Shown here in pieces: positions 17,870-27,433 of a DNA stretch of 64,000 bases (positions within the stretch are counted from its first letter, which is position 1; each line of letters starts with the position of its first letter). A model generated the notes under the pieces. It was not told where the DNA came from. It made no database searches and saw only the letters and a list, made by a program, of their open reading frames with translations. A program made the translations under genes and the position numbers. The DNA lies in the NCBI GenBank assembly GCA_009699865.1, contig WLNJ01000005.1:2186-66185 (forward strand), read 5' to 3'. Source of the DNA: Actinomycetota bacterium. Lineage in GTDB: Bacteria; Actinomycetota; Thermoleophilia; Solirubrobacterales; Solirubrobacteraceae.

Positions 17870-18633
17870 CGCTCGGCGCGCCTGAGGTAGATCCGGCCGG
17901 TTTCCAAGACGAGCCATGCGACCACGGTTGCGGCGTCAAGCAGCCAGACGATTGGTATCGCTGCTGGGACGATTGCGGCGGCAAGGAGCGGGCCCCCGTG
18001 GACCCAAAGGCTTGCACCAACCGCGGGGATTACGAGTAACACGACGACACAGCTGCAGCCACAACAGGAAGTTGGTGTCTTGGGCCCATTGCGCCCAACC
18101 GAGTAGATCAGCGCGCCAAGACCAACCGCTGCCGCAAACCATCCCGTTGCCTCCAAGCCACCCATCTGGGTGGACCCACTCGCACTGTCCTGGAGTAGCC
18201 CGCCCGTTGAGATCAGAGCAAACAGCAGGAGGAGCGCGCCGAGAATCAGCAGGAAGACACCGATCAGTGCTGCCCTTGGGCTGGGATAGCGGGACCCGCA
18301 AGCCGGGCAGAGCGCGCCCGGCGAGCCTTGCGTCTGGCGGCAGCCAGGGCAGTCGGTTGGCCCAGCTGCAGCGGCCCAAAGCAAGCCCAGCTGTTCCTTA
18401 GGCGGAAGCTCGCCACCTCCCTCTCCGCGAGTGACATTGGCAAGGACGGGTTGCTTCGGGGAGGGCTCCGCGGGCACCGCAGCCGGGGCTGACCGCGTTA
18501 CAGCAGGGGGACTGGTGAAAGCCGTGGAGAGAGAATCGACCGGCTCGCCGCACTCACCGCAGTACTGCGCGTCAAGACCGAGTTCAGAGCCGCACTGCTC
18601 GCAGTAGTTGGACATCAACCCGGCCGTGTCCAC
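17863..18633 (-). CDS. zinc-ribbon membrane protein
   Basis: N-terminal double CxxC (CEQCGSELGLDAQYCGECGEPV), a second Cys cluster (CPGC...CPAC), then several TM helices. Confidence 0.6.
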   Translation of the reverse strand: MDTAGLMSNYCEQCGSELGLDAQYCGECGEPVDSLSTAFTSPPAVTRSAPAAVPAEPSPKQPVLANVTRGEGGGELPPKEQLGLLWAAAAGPTDCPGCRQTQGSPGALCPACGSRYPSPRAALIGVFLLILGALLLLFALISTGGLLQDSASGSTQMGGLEATGWFAAAVGLGALIYSVGRNGPKTPTSCCGCSCVVVLLVIPAVGASLWVHGGPLLAAAIVPAAIPIVWLLDAATVVAWLVLETGRIYLRRAERY

Positions 18634-19358
18634 CTGACAAAGAGCGAACCGTTCCGCTCTGCCAGATGGGAAAGGACCAAGGGTGTCGCAGCAGCCAGAG
18701 GAGGACCATTTGAAATCCCCATAGCGCCGCCTCCAGCGAGAATCGGCGCGATTGTCACGAACAGGTCATCAACCACATCTGCCGCAACCAGTGCGGCAAC
18801 CAGCTTCGGCCCGCCCTCACAAAGGACACTGCTGACACCCCGCCGGCCCAGCTCCTCAAGGACTGCCTCCGGGGTAACAGCGTCAAGCTCGACCTGTTCA
18901 ACATTGCTCGCAGTGCTTGGCGCTGTGCCACGGGGAACGAAGGCGAGAACCTCCTGCTCTGGGTCACTCAACATTGGCGCCTCAAGCGGCAAGACGCCAG
19001 AACGGCTGATCAACACGGCCAGAGGGTTAGGAGCTAGGCCACGGGCAACCCGTTGACTCTGGCGTTCTGGGTCCCGGATGATCCGGTGATAGCCCTCGAC
19101 GGCAACCGTTGATGTTCCCGCTAGGACGGCATCAACTCGGTCACGAAGAGCCTTGAACACGGCCAGATCGCCGTCGTCGCCGATGCCACCAGACTTGCCG
19201 TCCTCAAGCGACACAGCGCCGTCAGCGGTGACCGCATAGTTGACCCCAACGCGAGGCCGAGGCAATGTTGACCCAACCCCTTCACGAGGGTTCCACGCCT
19301 CTAAAAGGCCGTCCGCATCCACCTCTGCGCGGCCTGGCCAGAGGCGGGTGAAGGTCAT
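18615..19358 (-). CDS. RibD C-terminal-domain / pyrimidine-reductase family protein
   Basis: Contains VGVNYAVTADGAVS, GDLAVFKALRDRVDAVLAGTSTV and LCEGGPKL. The start, ATG 19358, forms an ATGA overlap with the upstream LLM gene's stop. Confidence 0.6.
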   Translation of the reverse strand: MTFTRLWPGRAEVDADGLLEAWNPREGVGSTLPRPRVGVNYAVTADGAVSLEDGKSGGIGDDGDLAVFKALRDRVDAVLAGTSTVAVEGYHRIIRDPERQSQRVARGLAPNPLAVLISRSGVLPLEAPMLSDPEQEVLAFVPRGTAPSTASNVEQVELDAVTPEAVLEELGRRGVSSVLCEGGPKLVAALVAADVVDDLFVTIAPILAGGGAMGISNGPPLAAATPLVLSHLAERNGSLFVRWTRPG

Positions 19359-20329
19359 CGCGGCAGCATGTCGCGGATCAAAGTGGGTACCTGATCGGGT
19401 GCGGCAAGCGGCGTCAGGCACAGGGTGGTGATGCCGCCATCAGCAAACTCAGCAAGGCGGTCGCGCATCTGTTCGGGTGATCCCATAATGCAAATCTCTC
19501 TGATCAGGTCCACTGGCGCAACCTCAAGTGCCTTGACGCGGTCACCGGCATTCCAAGCCTCAAGCATTGGGTCAAGTGCATCGCCCCAGCCGCAGGACCG
19601 GAAGAACTCCTCATAAACCTTCACTGTCGCGTAGCCGGCAAGGACAAACTTGGCAATCCCCATGGCCTGGTCCTCGTCCCCTGGAATGCAGAAGAAGCGG
19701 CAGACAACATCGCTTGAACCCTCGGGTTTACCAGCCTCTCGTTCACCAATCTGGATCTGCTCGGTGACATGTGGCAGGGCGCTGATGGGCAGGAAGTTGA
19801 CAAATGTTCCGTCCGCAATCTTGCCTCCAAGCTGGAGCATCTTGTCGCGCAGCGCTGCGATGTAGATCGGCGGTGCTGTCTCAGGGGGAATCTCAAGCTT
19901 GAACCCACCCGGACCACGCTCGCCGGCGAGAACCGGACGGACTGCCTCGACTGTCTCGCGAACCTTGGTGAGGGGCTTTTCGAATGTGAAGCCATTCCAC
20001 TTCTCAACAATCACATTGGAGGAGGCGCCAATTCCGAGGACGAAGCGTCCATCGCTTGCGTCCTGCAGCGCAGCTGCCTGCTGGGCAAGAAGAACGGGCC
20101 CCCGGGTGAATACGCCGACGACGCCCGTCCCAAGCCTGACCCGCTCAGTCCAAGCCGCGGCAAGCGCCAGCGGCGTGAATCCATCAGGCCCGTTTGTCTC
20201 GCCAGTCCAGATGTCGTCGTAGCCGGCTTCCTCAGCAGCCATGACCAACGGCTTGAGCTGCTTGATGCCAGTCATTGGGAGTGGGAGCGTCAGCCCCCAG
20301 CGGGTATCAGGACGGTTGTCAGCGCTCAT
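19355..20329 (-). CDS. LLM-class (luciferase-like) F420-dependent oxidoreductase
   Basis: 324 aa with AEEAGYDDIWTGE and GIGASSNVIVEKWNG, typical of LLM-family members. Confidence 0.75.
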   Translation of the reverse strand: MSADNRPDTRWGLTLPLPMTGIKQLKPLVMAAEEAGYDDIWTGETNGPDGFTPLALAAAWTERVRLGTGVVGVFTRGPVLLAQQAAALQDASDGRFVLGIGASSNVIVEKWNGFTFEKPLTKVRETVEAVRPVLAGERGPGGFKLEIPPETAPPIYIAALRDKMLQLGGKIADGTFVNFLPISALPHVTEQIQIGEREAGKPEGSSDVVCRFFCIPGDEDQAMGIAKFVLAGYATVKVYEEFFRSCGWGDALDPMLEAWNAGDRVKALEVAPVDLIREICIMGSPEQMRDRLAEFADGGITTLCLTPLAAPDQVPTLIRDMLPR

Positions 20330-20431
20330 CGGTTGGATGGTATGCGACAGGTCCCCAGTTGGTGGGGTGATCTGGCATCAACTCCCCACGCTCACCCGCG
20401 ATTGCCTGCCGGGGTTTAGGATCACAACCCT

Positions 20432-21430
20432 ATGAATACACCTGATCCGAAACTGCCCGACCGCAACCTTGCCCTAGAGCTAGCACGGGTGACCGAATTT
20501 GCCGCCATGGGCGCCGCCGCCTGGATTGGCAAGGGCGACAAGATTGCCGCTGATCAAGCCGCAGTGGACGCCCTCCACTATGTCCTCGCCCGCACGCCGA
20601 TCTCCGGTGTGGTCACTAGCGGCGAAGGCACCAAGGATTCCGCGCCCAAGCTCTACCACGGGGAAGAAGTCGGGTCCGGTGGGCCAGAGGTATCTATTGC
20701 CATTGACCCACTTGAAGGCACTCGCCTGACGGCAGAGGGCTTCCCCGGTGCGATCGCTGTGATCGCCGCATCACCCAAGGGCACAATGTTTGACCCGGGC
20801 GACTCCGTTCCATATATGGAGAAGATTGCAACGGGTGGCGAGTTCGCCGACCTGCTTGAGCTTGATGATCCTGTTGCGACAGTGAAGAAGATCGCTGCTC
20901 GTAAGGGCACAGCTCTTGATCAAGTGACCGTTGTGGTCCTGGACCGTCCCCGCCACGGAGACACAATTGCCGCTATTCGCGGTGCTGGAGCGCGCGTCAG
21001 ACTGATCCTCGACGGTGACATCCTTCCCGTTCTGCTCGCAGCTGACGAGAGTTCAGCCGTTGACATGCTCTGGGGTGTTGGCGGAACACCCGAGACGCTG
21101 ATCGGCTCCGCTGCCTGCCGCTGCAATGGTGGCCAGCTGCTCGCTCGGTTCTGGCCACGCACAGACGAGGAGCGTGCCGTTGGTATCGCTGAAGGCCTCG
21201 ACATGGAGCGCATTTTCACGGCCGAAGAACTTGTTGGGGGGGACGATGTTTTCTTCTCCTGTACTGGTGTGACTTCAGGCGACATCGTCAAGGGTGTGCA
21301 GTTCCGCGATGGACACGTGATCACCGAGTCCCTTTCGATGAGGAGCCGCAGCGGCACCATTCGTCGTATTGAAGGTGTCCACGACCTTGCCAAGATCGAA
21401 GCGATGAAGAAGTCAGCCGCGGCCGGCTAG
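20432..21430 (+). CDS. glpX: class II fructose-1,6-bisphosphatase
   Basis: 332 aa with LELARVTEFAAMGAA.WIGKGDK..AD.AAVDA, IAIDPLEGT and WGVGGTPE, the GlpX signature. Confidence 0.9.
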   Translation: MNTPDPKLPDRNLALELARVTEFAAMGAAAWIGKGDKIAADQAAVDALHYVLARTPISGVVTSGEGTKDSAPKLYHGEEVGSGGPEVSIAIDPLEGTRLTAEGFPGAIAVIAASPKGTMFDPGDSVPYMEKIATGGEFADLLELDDPVATVKKIAARKGTALDQVTVVVLDRPRHGDTIAAIRGAGARVRLILDGDILPVLLAADESSAVDMLWGVGGTPETLIGSAACRCNGGQLLARFWPRTDEERAVGIAEGLDMERIFTAEELVGGDDVFFSCTGVTSGDIVKGVQFRDGHVITESLSMRSRSGTIRRIEGVHDLAKIEAMKKSAAAG

Positions 21431-21439
21431 GCCAGGGCC

Positions 21440-23014
21440 GTGGCGTTTCTTCGCGTTTCTTCACGGTCGTCTGCGATGTTGTCAACCGCAGGACAATCCA
21501 CCTACCGTCTGCTGCTGCGACTGAAGGGCACTCCAGGGATTGTTCTGGGCGCGCTAGTCCTTTCGTCCCTGAGCGTCACCGTGCAAACGGGGATTGGTTT
21601 TGACCCGTCGTACTGGCTCATGTGGGGCGCTGAGATCACATCGGGCAAGCTCGTCACAGCCCACGCTTGGACAAGCTGGAAGCCCCTGCCAATGCCGTTC
21701 ATGGTCGTGTTCAGTCTGTTTGGCAGCGCAGCCCCGTCGCTGTGGATGATTGTCGCCCGCGCGGGCACCCTCGTTGCGACCGCATTGGCATTCCGGATCA
21801 CCTGGCGTCTGATTCTCGACATGTTGCCAGCGGACCCCAAGCAGCTGAGGGCGCAAGTCCCAGCGCTGCTTGGTGGTTGTGTGGCCGCCGCAGGGTTACT
21901 CAGGTTGCTGTTGGGCTGGTCAATGACCGGGTACTCAGAAGGGTTGGCAATCGCGCTGATGCTCGCTGGGGTGGAATGCATGCTCAAGGGGCGCCACAAG
22001 CCAGCACTGTTCTTTTACCTTGCTGCCTGCCTTGGCCGCCCAGAACCACTTTTGGCAGTGATGGCCTACAGCGTCTGGCTCTGGCGCCGGGAACCCGGAC
22101 TGCGCAAGTGGATGCTGGGCGGACCGCTCTTGGTGTTGGCCACATGGCTGATCCCCGAGTGGATTGGCTCAGGGGATCCATTCCGCGCTGGGAAGCTTGG
22201 CAAAGTTGAACACCTGCACCAGACTCAACCGGGTGACAGTAACCCCCTGATCGTGATCAGCGGCGCTTTCACCGCGCTTCCGGCGGCGACAGCAGCCTTC
22301 CTGCCAGCGAGTTTGGTGGCCGTCATCTGGGCAGCCAAGCGGGGCGACCGCAAGCCGCTTCTGCTCAGCGCGATCGGCATTGCGTGGGCGGTCATGGTGG
22401 CGCTCCAAGTCGCTTTCGCGGCATCGCAAACGACACACCCAGGTGTTCTGAGGTACATGATTCCCGCGCAAGCGTTCCTGCTGCTCGTGATCGGCGTTGG
22501 AGCAGGGTCAGGCACCTTCCTGATTGGCAGGGGACTCGAGCGGATTGGGCTGGACCCGAGGGTATCCGCAGGTGCTCTAGCGACCATTGGGGTTGTCGGG
22601 CTGACGGCTTCCATGTCGGTCTCAATCCTTCCCAAGTACGAGGTCATGCAGGATGGCCAAAGGGTTGTCTGGCGCGCGACTAGACAGCTGGACAGGGCAA
22701 TCTCAAGGGCAGGCGGCCCGGGCACAGTCCGACGCTGCCTCCCAATCGCGAACTATCCAAGATGGGATGCGACCATCGCTTGGAAAGTTGGGGTTACTCT
22801 GCGAGCCTTCGGCCGCCGGGGATCACCTCAGGACCCCCTCTCCCGGGCAGACTTCGGGCGGGGGACTACATTCCGACTTACCGGGCGCCTCGCGTCCGGT
22901 AAGAACACTCCCTACAGCCCAGCAGCTGTTGCGCCTGGGGCGACACTTGCAAGCATGGCCGCGCCGTGGTACATCTTTCAGCGCTGTTCGACTAAACGAC
23001 ACAAGAAGAAGTAG
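21440..23014 (+). CDS. large polytopic membrane protein, GT-C-fold glycosyltransferase-like (tandem paralogue 1)
   Basis: 524 aa, about 11-12 TM helices plus a ~130-aa C-terminal soluble domain. It is collinear with the next gene through shared blocks: SWKPLPMPF, YSEGLAIAL/YAEGLTLTF, GRPEPL, WLIPEWIGSGDPFRAG, IAWKVG, FRLTG. It has a basic tail. Confidence 0.6.
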   Translation: MAFLRVSSRSSAMLSTAGQSTYRLLLRLKGTPGIVLGALVLSSLSVTVQTGIGFDPSYWLMWGAEITSGKLVTAHAWTSWKPLPMPFMVVFSLFGSAAPSLWMIVARAGTLVATALAFRITWRLILDMLPADPKQLRAQVPALLGGCVAAAGLLRLLLGWSMTGYSEGLAIALMLAGVECMLKGRHKPALFFYLAACLGRPEPLLAVMAYSVWLWRREPGLRKWMLGGPLLVLATWLIPEWIGSGDPFRAGKLGKVEHLHQTQPGDSNPLIVISGAFTALPAATAAFLPASLVAVIWAAKRGDRKPLLLSAIGIAWAVMVALQVAFAASQTTHPGVLRYMIPAQAFLLLVIGVGAGSGTFLIGRGLERIGLDPRVSAGALATIGVVGLTASMSVSILPKYEVMQDGQRVVWRATRQLDRAISRAGGPGTVRRCLPIANYPRWDATIAWKVGVTLRAFGRRGSPQDPLSRADFGRGTTFRLTGRLASGKNTPYSPAAVAPGATLASMAAPWYIFQRCSTKRHKKK

Positions 23015-23019
23015 ACGAC

Positions 23020-24549
23020 GTGACCGTGACTACCCCCCGAAAGACCATTAGCTGGACCCGACTTCTGCGCGGCGAGCTTGGGCTGCTTGCCGGGTCAACG
23101 GTTGTCGCTGCGATAACCCTCCTGTGGCCATTCAGCGTCAGGTCAGACGCCGTGTATTGGATGCTCTGGGGGCGCGAGCTCACCCAGTTCACGCTAGACA
23201 CCGGCAGTGGCTGGACCAGCTGGAAGCCACTCCCTATTCCCTTCACGACCGTCTACAGCTTGTTCGGGGACAGTGCTGCGTCCGCCCTATGGATGCTGAC
23301 CTCCCGGGCAGCAACATTCTTCGCAGCGGTGCTGGTATTCAGGCTCGTCCGTCGGCTTACAGACCAAGCCCTCAAGCCAATTGGGATCGTCTCGATCCTC
23401 CCTGGGGTGATGGGTGGCCTATTGGCTGGTCTCTGGACCCTCCGTGTCCTTGTTGGGTTCACGGCTCTTGGTTACGCGGAGGGCCTCACATTGACGTTTG
23501 TTCTGCTCGCCGTTGAGCGGGCCCTTGAGGGGAAACACAAGTTTGCTCTGCTCTTTGGTCTTGCGGCCTGCCTCAGCCGGCCGGAGCCACTTGCGTTGAT
23601 GATGATCTACGGACTCTGGCTGTGGTTCAAGCAGCCCGCGCTACGCAAGTGGCTGGTTGCCGGACCGGTTTTCGTTGTCGGAGCGTGGCTGATCCCGGAT
23701 TGGATTGGCTCTGGGGACCCACTGCGTGCACGCTATCTCGGGGGTGTCCACCGCATCGACATGCACTATCCGGGTGACGGCAAGCCATTGAGGATGATCA
23801 AGTTTGCGTTCACCACGCTTCCCACGATGGCCTTCTACGCACTGCCGTTGGGCGTCATCGCCGCCTTGTGGCAGGCGAAGAGAAAGAGTTTCGAGCCAGT
23901 CGCACTACTTGGGCTCGCGCTCACATGGGTAGGTCTCGTGGCGTTCGAAACCGCTCAGGGCACCAATGGACTGCCTCGCTATATGTTCGGAGCTCAAGCG
24001 TGCCTGATCATTGTCAGTGGGTTTGGCGTTGCCGTGTTGGTTGGACTTGTTGCGAAGGCTCTTAACAAGGCGGGAATGCCACTTGAGGGTGCGTTAGCAA
24101 TTCCGGTCTTGACAGCGATGCTGGCAACCGGGGTCTTCGCCCAGAAAGTTCTCTACCCGAGGCTCGCGGAGGTCAAATCCGCCCAAGCCAAGTTCGCTGA
24201 GGCGGATGCCACGCTGACGGATGCAATCAACGCAGCAGGTGGTCCCAAGAAGGTGATTGCGTGCGGCCCCGTTTCGCGATTTGCGCTGTTTGACCCGACC
24301 ATCGCTTGGAAGCTGGGGGAGACATCGTCAGTCCTCTCATACGGCGGAGGCCCTGACGATCCCAACCTTGATGTCCAGTTCAAATTCGGCAGCACCTTCA
24401 GGCTGTATGTCCCAATCGGGCGACGGCCTCTGGATGCCCATATCCGCTCGCGGATAGCCCCAGGAGCGAGACGGGTTGCTGAAGCAGGCGACTGGGTTGT
24501 CTACCAGCGCTGCCTTAAGTGGCGCAAGCGGGGCGCGGCTAAGAAGTAA
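23020..24549 (+). CDS. large polytopic membrane protein, GT-C-fold glycosyltransferase-like (tandem paralogue 2)
   Basis: 509 aa and a paralogue of 21440-23014 (SWKPLPIPF, SRPEPL, WLIPDWIGSGDPLRA, IAWKLG, FRLY). Only 5 nt separate the two genes. Confidence 0.6.
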   Translation: MTVTTPRKTISWTRLLRGELGLLAGSTVVAAITLLWPFSVRSDAVYWMLWGRELTQFTLDTGSGWTSWKPLPIPFTTVYSLFGDSAASALWMLTSRAATFFAAVLVFRLVRRLTDQALKPIGIVSILPGVMGGLLAGLWTLRVLVGFTALGYAEGLTLTFVLLAVERALEGKHKFALLFGLAACLSRPEPLALMMIYGLWLWFKQPALRKWLVAGPVFVVGAWLIPDWIGSGDPLRARYLGGVHRIDMHYPGDGKPLRMIKFAFTTLPTMAFYALPLGVIAALWQAKRKSFEPVALLGLALTWVGLVAFETAQGTNGLPRYMFGAQACLIIVSGFGVAVLVGLVAKALNKAGMPLEGALAIPVLTAMLATGVFAQKVLYPRLAEVKSAQAKFAEADATLTDAINAAGGPKKVIACGPVSRFALFDPTIAWKLGETSSVLSYGGGPDDPNLDVQFKFGSTFRLYVPIGRRPLDAHIRSRIAPGARRVAEAGDWVVYQRCLKWRKRGAAKK

Positions 24550-24575
24550 CTGCGGCGCAGGACCCGACTGGGCAG

Positions 24576-25205
24576 CTAGGAGTCCTCGAACCGCTTGGCA
24601 ACCGACGGCTCGAGCTCACCCTTGGCCAAGCGGCGCAAGAACCCATAAGTGACGAGAACATGGATTTTGGACTGGGTCCAGCGGTAGAGGTGCGAAGAGA
24701 TCTTCTCGGCGATCGCCGGGTAGAAATTTGACACCTCTACATCAACTCGGACTTTGGCTGTGGCCAGAGCATCCCCACCGAGAATTGGCAGGCGGTGAAC
24801 TGTGATCCGCAGCAGTCCCTCTCCCCGGCGGGAGACCAGCAGTCCCCCGGCAATGCTCCAAGTGACAGTCCCAGAGTCACCACTCAGGTCATAAACGGGG
24901 GTCGCGAACGACAGCAGCCGAAAAGGCTTGAAGAGAAACACCACATCCCGCCCATCGGGGCGATAGTGAATTCGGATCAGGTGGAGTGTCACGCGGCTCA
25001 GGTAGGCCCAGTACGTGCGAGCGAGACGCTCCAGATAGCGAGGATTCCAGAGTTCGTCAAGCGCCTCAGCCGGCATCTCGACTGTCGCGGATTGCACTGA
25101 CCGAACGGCGCCATTGGCAGCAGTCAGCGTCTCGTCTTCCAAGTCAGTGACTTCAGCTGGTGTCTGGTGGGGTCTGAACATGAATGGTTTCTGGCGTTCG
25201 TACAA
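24576..25205 (-). CDS. hypothetical protein
   Basis: 209-aa ORF divergent from the MerR gene. No motif recognised. Confidence 0.5.
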   Translation of the reverse strand: MYERQKPFMFRPHQTPAEVTDLEDETLTAANGAVRSVQSATVEMPAEALDELWNPRYLERLARTYWAYLSRVTLHLIRIHYRPDGRDVVFLFKPFRLLSFATPVYDLSGDSGTVTWSIAGGLLVSRRGEGLLRITVHRLPILGGDALATAKVRVDVEVSNFYPAIAEKISSHLYRWTQSKIHVLVTYGFLRRLAKGELEPSVAKRFEDS

Positions 25206-25244
25206 AGGAGTGAACCAGCCCGAGGGCGAACCTCGTACATAGAG

Positions 25245-25262
25245 GTACCCATTGATGGGTAC
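25245..25262. promoter_or_regulatory. perfect 18-bp palindrome GTACCCAT-TG-ATGGGTAC (candidate operator)
   Basis: 8-bp perfect inverted arms separated by 2 nt. It lies in the 46-70 bp divergent intergenic region and overlaps the first possible start codons (TTG 25252, ATG 25255) of the MerR gene. Confidence 0.4.
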
Positions 25263-26121
25263 GGATCAGGCGCAAATGGCGAACAACCTCACAATCAAAG
25301 AAGTCTCTCAGCGGACTGGCCTTGCTGCCAGCACAATCCGCATGTGGGAGCACAGATACGGATTTCCGGCCCCCGCTCGGACGGCTAGCGGCTACCGCCA
25401 CTACACGGATGAGGAAATCGCGCAGATCAAGAGCGTGATCGCCTACCGCGACCGAGGCCTGTCGCTGCCAGTCGCCGTTGAACGAGTGGTGATGAGCGAC
25501 ACGCCGGCCGAGCCGTCGATCTACGCGGCCGTCGCAACTGCCGATGGCGCGCCCGTGCCGCAAGTGCTGCGCAAGAGCACACTCCACGCGCTGTCGCGCG
25601 CAATGGAGCATGAGGCCGTCGCTCAAGGATCCTCAGCGATCTGCTTCGGGGCCTTTCAGGACGAGGCCTTCTACCGGCCGGTTGAGAATCGTTATGTGCA
25701 GATTGCTCGAACTTCAGATGCGACAGTGGTCTTTGCTGACTTCAAGAAGATCAGCGACAAGGGCCCAGGGCAACCGATTGAGATTCCGATTGACGCCGAG
25801 GACGCGCTCGGAAACGAGTGGACAGTGATCATTGACTCGCCTGGCTACGCGGCCTGCCTGATCGGTTGGGAACAGCCACAGAAGGCCTCACGTGGGAGTT
25901 CCCGCGCAACTGAGACCCGGTTTGAGGCGTTTTGGACTGTGGACCCCAAGGTTGTCCGCAGGGCGTCAGAGGTCGCGGCCAGGCTTGCCGGACGGCAAGA
26001 CGCGGCTCTCGGGGATCGCCTGCAGCAGATGCTGTCGGACCGTCCTCTTGCCAGCACTGAGCCGACACAGTCACTGACGAACTTGACGAATCGAATCGTC
26101 AAGTACGTCGAAGTCGCTTAG
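25252..26121 (+). CDS. MerR-family transcriptional regulator with a ~200-aa C-terminal sensory domain (tentatively DICT)
   Basis: The HTH is LTIKEVSQRTGLAASTIRMWEHRYGFPAPARTASGYRHYTDEEIAQIKSV. The C-terminal domain assignment is from memory. Alternative starts are ATG 25255 (AGAGG 9 nt upstream) and ATG 25276. Confidence 0.7.
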   Translation: MMGTDQAQMANNLTIKEVSQRTGLAASTIRMWEHRYGFPAPARTASGYRHYTDEEIAQIKSVIAYRDRGLSLPVAVERVVMSDTPAEPSIYAAVATADGAPVPQVLRKSTLHALSRAMEHEAVAQGSSAICFGAFQDEAFYRPVENRYVQIARTSDATVVFADFKKISDKGPGQPIEIPIDAEDALGNEWTVIIDSPGYAACLIGWEQPQKASRGSSRATETRFEAFWTVDPKVVRRASEVAARLAGRQDAALGDRLQQMLSDRPLASTEPTQSLTNLTNRIVKYVEVA

Positions 26122-26233
26122 CGTCCGGAAGCGTCTTGGGGCGTTGGGGATCTCCCCGCCCGGCTAACGCGAGCTTCGCTCGCACAGTTGCCGGATCGTG
26201 GAGAGTCCCCACGCTCCGCGGGAGCTAGATCCG

Positions 26234-27433
26234 TTAGTGGGGGAGGGGTTCTACTTGGACTATTGAGCCGGTGGGAAGGAGTCCATCGCCGGCCGGGAGG
26301 AGTGCGAGGCCCCAAGCGCCTGACATTGAGGTTGTGCGGTGTGATCCTTGGGCGCCTGTGGTGTGGGCCAGAGGTGGACCGTCAGGGCGGGGCTCAAGGG
26401 TCACTCGGACGGCTTGCTCTCGATTGCGTAGCGGGAGATCCTCGGCGGTTGCCGCAGGCCATGGATCAGGCAGCGGCGTCTGTCCCAATAAGGCGCGTAT
26501 CGCCGGTGCAACAAAGAGCGTGTAGGTCACGAATGCTGACGCGGGGTTACCTGGGAGGCCAAATATCAGCTGGCCGTCAGGGCCAACCCCGAACCAGGTT
26601 GGTCCGCCTGGCTTGAGGGGCACTCGCCAGAAGACCTCCTTGGCATTGAGGTCCTCTGTCAGGACTGCGCGGACATGATCGTGTTCGCCGACTGAGACTC
26701 CGCCGCTTGCGATCACGATCTCTGCCCCGTCGAGCGCGTCGCCCAGCGCTTTGGCCGTGGCTTCCCGAGTATCAGCGCACCTAGCCTTGCTAACTACTTC
26801 AGCGCCGCTTTGCTCCGCCAGGCCGCGAAGGCCGATCCCGTTGGACTCGTGGATTTGCCCAAGGGCTAGGGGCGAGCCAAGATCAGCCAGCTCGTCTCCC
26901 GTTACGACTATCGCGACCCGAGGTCTCACTGTGCAGCAGCCTGCGGCGAGCCCGCAGGCTGCGGTCACGCTCAACTCAGCTGGTCCCAAGACCGTGCCTG
27001 CGCTTAGGGCAACAGCGCCCATTGGGAGATCCTCCCCGGGGAGTCGCACATGGTCTCCAACGGACACCGGGCCTGCGGGCGTAACCACGCCGTCATCAAG
27101 GGTGGCAAACTCGACTGGGACGACGCCAACCCCGTCTGGAGCGAGTGCTCCTGTCGAGATGGCGATCGCCTCTCCATCGTGGAGTTCCCCGGCGAAGGGA
27201 TGTCCGGCGCGTGACTCCCCGATTACACGGAGGGGAACACCGGCGAGGGTTGGGAGGGCGGCGTAGCCGTCCATTGCAGAGGAGGCAAAGGGGGGCATTG
27301 CGTGTGAGGCGAGAACATCGGTGGCCAGTGCTCTGCCCCCGGCTTTAGTGAGATCCACCAACTCAGATCGCGGTTGGCTCACGTGGTCGAGCACAAGACG
27401 CCGTGCGGCAGCTACATCTGCGGGTCGGGTCAA
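26234..27433 (-). CDS. moeA: molybdopterin molybdotransferase
   Basis: PPFASSAMDGYA, GESRAG, TGDEL and SGGVSVGEHD are MoeA motifs. The preferred TTG start at 27433 overlaps the upstream stop (TTGA). The longer ORF start 27520 lies inside the upstream gene. Confidence 0.85.
   Translation of the reverse strand: MTRPADVAAARRLVLDHVSQPRSELVDLTKAGGRALATDVLASHAMPPFASSAMDGYAALPTLAGVPLRVIGESRAGHPFAGELHDGEAIAISTGALAPDGVGVVPVEFATLDDGVVTPAGPVSVGDHVRLPGEDLPMGAVALSAGTVLGPAELSVTAACGLAAGCCTVRPRVAIVVTGDELADLGSPLALGQIHESNGIGLRGLAEQSGAEVVSKARCADTREATAKALGDALDGAEIVIASGGVSVGEHDHVRAVLTEDLNAKEVFWRVPLKPGGPTWFGVGPDGQLIFGLPGNPASAFVTYTLFVAPAIRALLGQTPLPDPWPAATAEDLPLRNREQAVRVTLEPRPDGPPLAHTTGAQGSHRTTSMSGAWGLALLPAGDGLLPTGSIVQVEPLPH

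Noticed and set aside
19769-20419. 216-aa plus-strand ORF opposite the LLM oxidoreductase
   Set aside because: It is an antisense shadow ORF. The LLM frame carries the family motifs.
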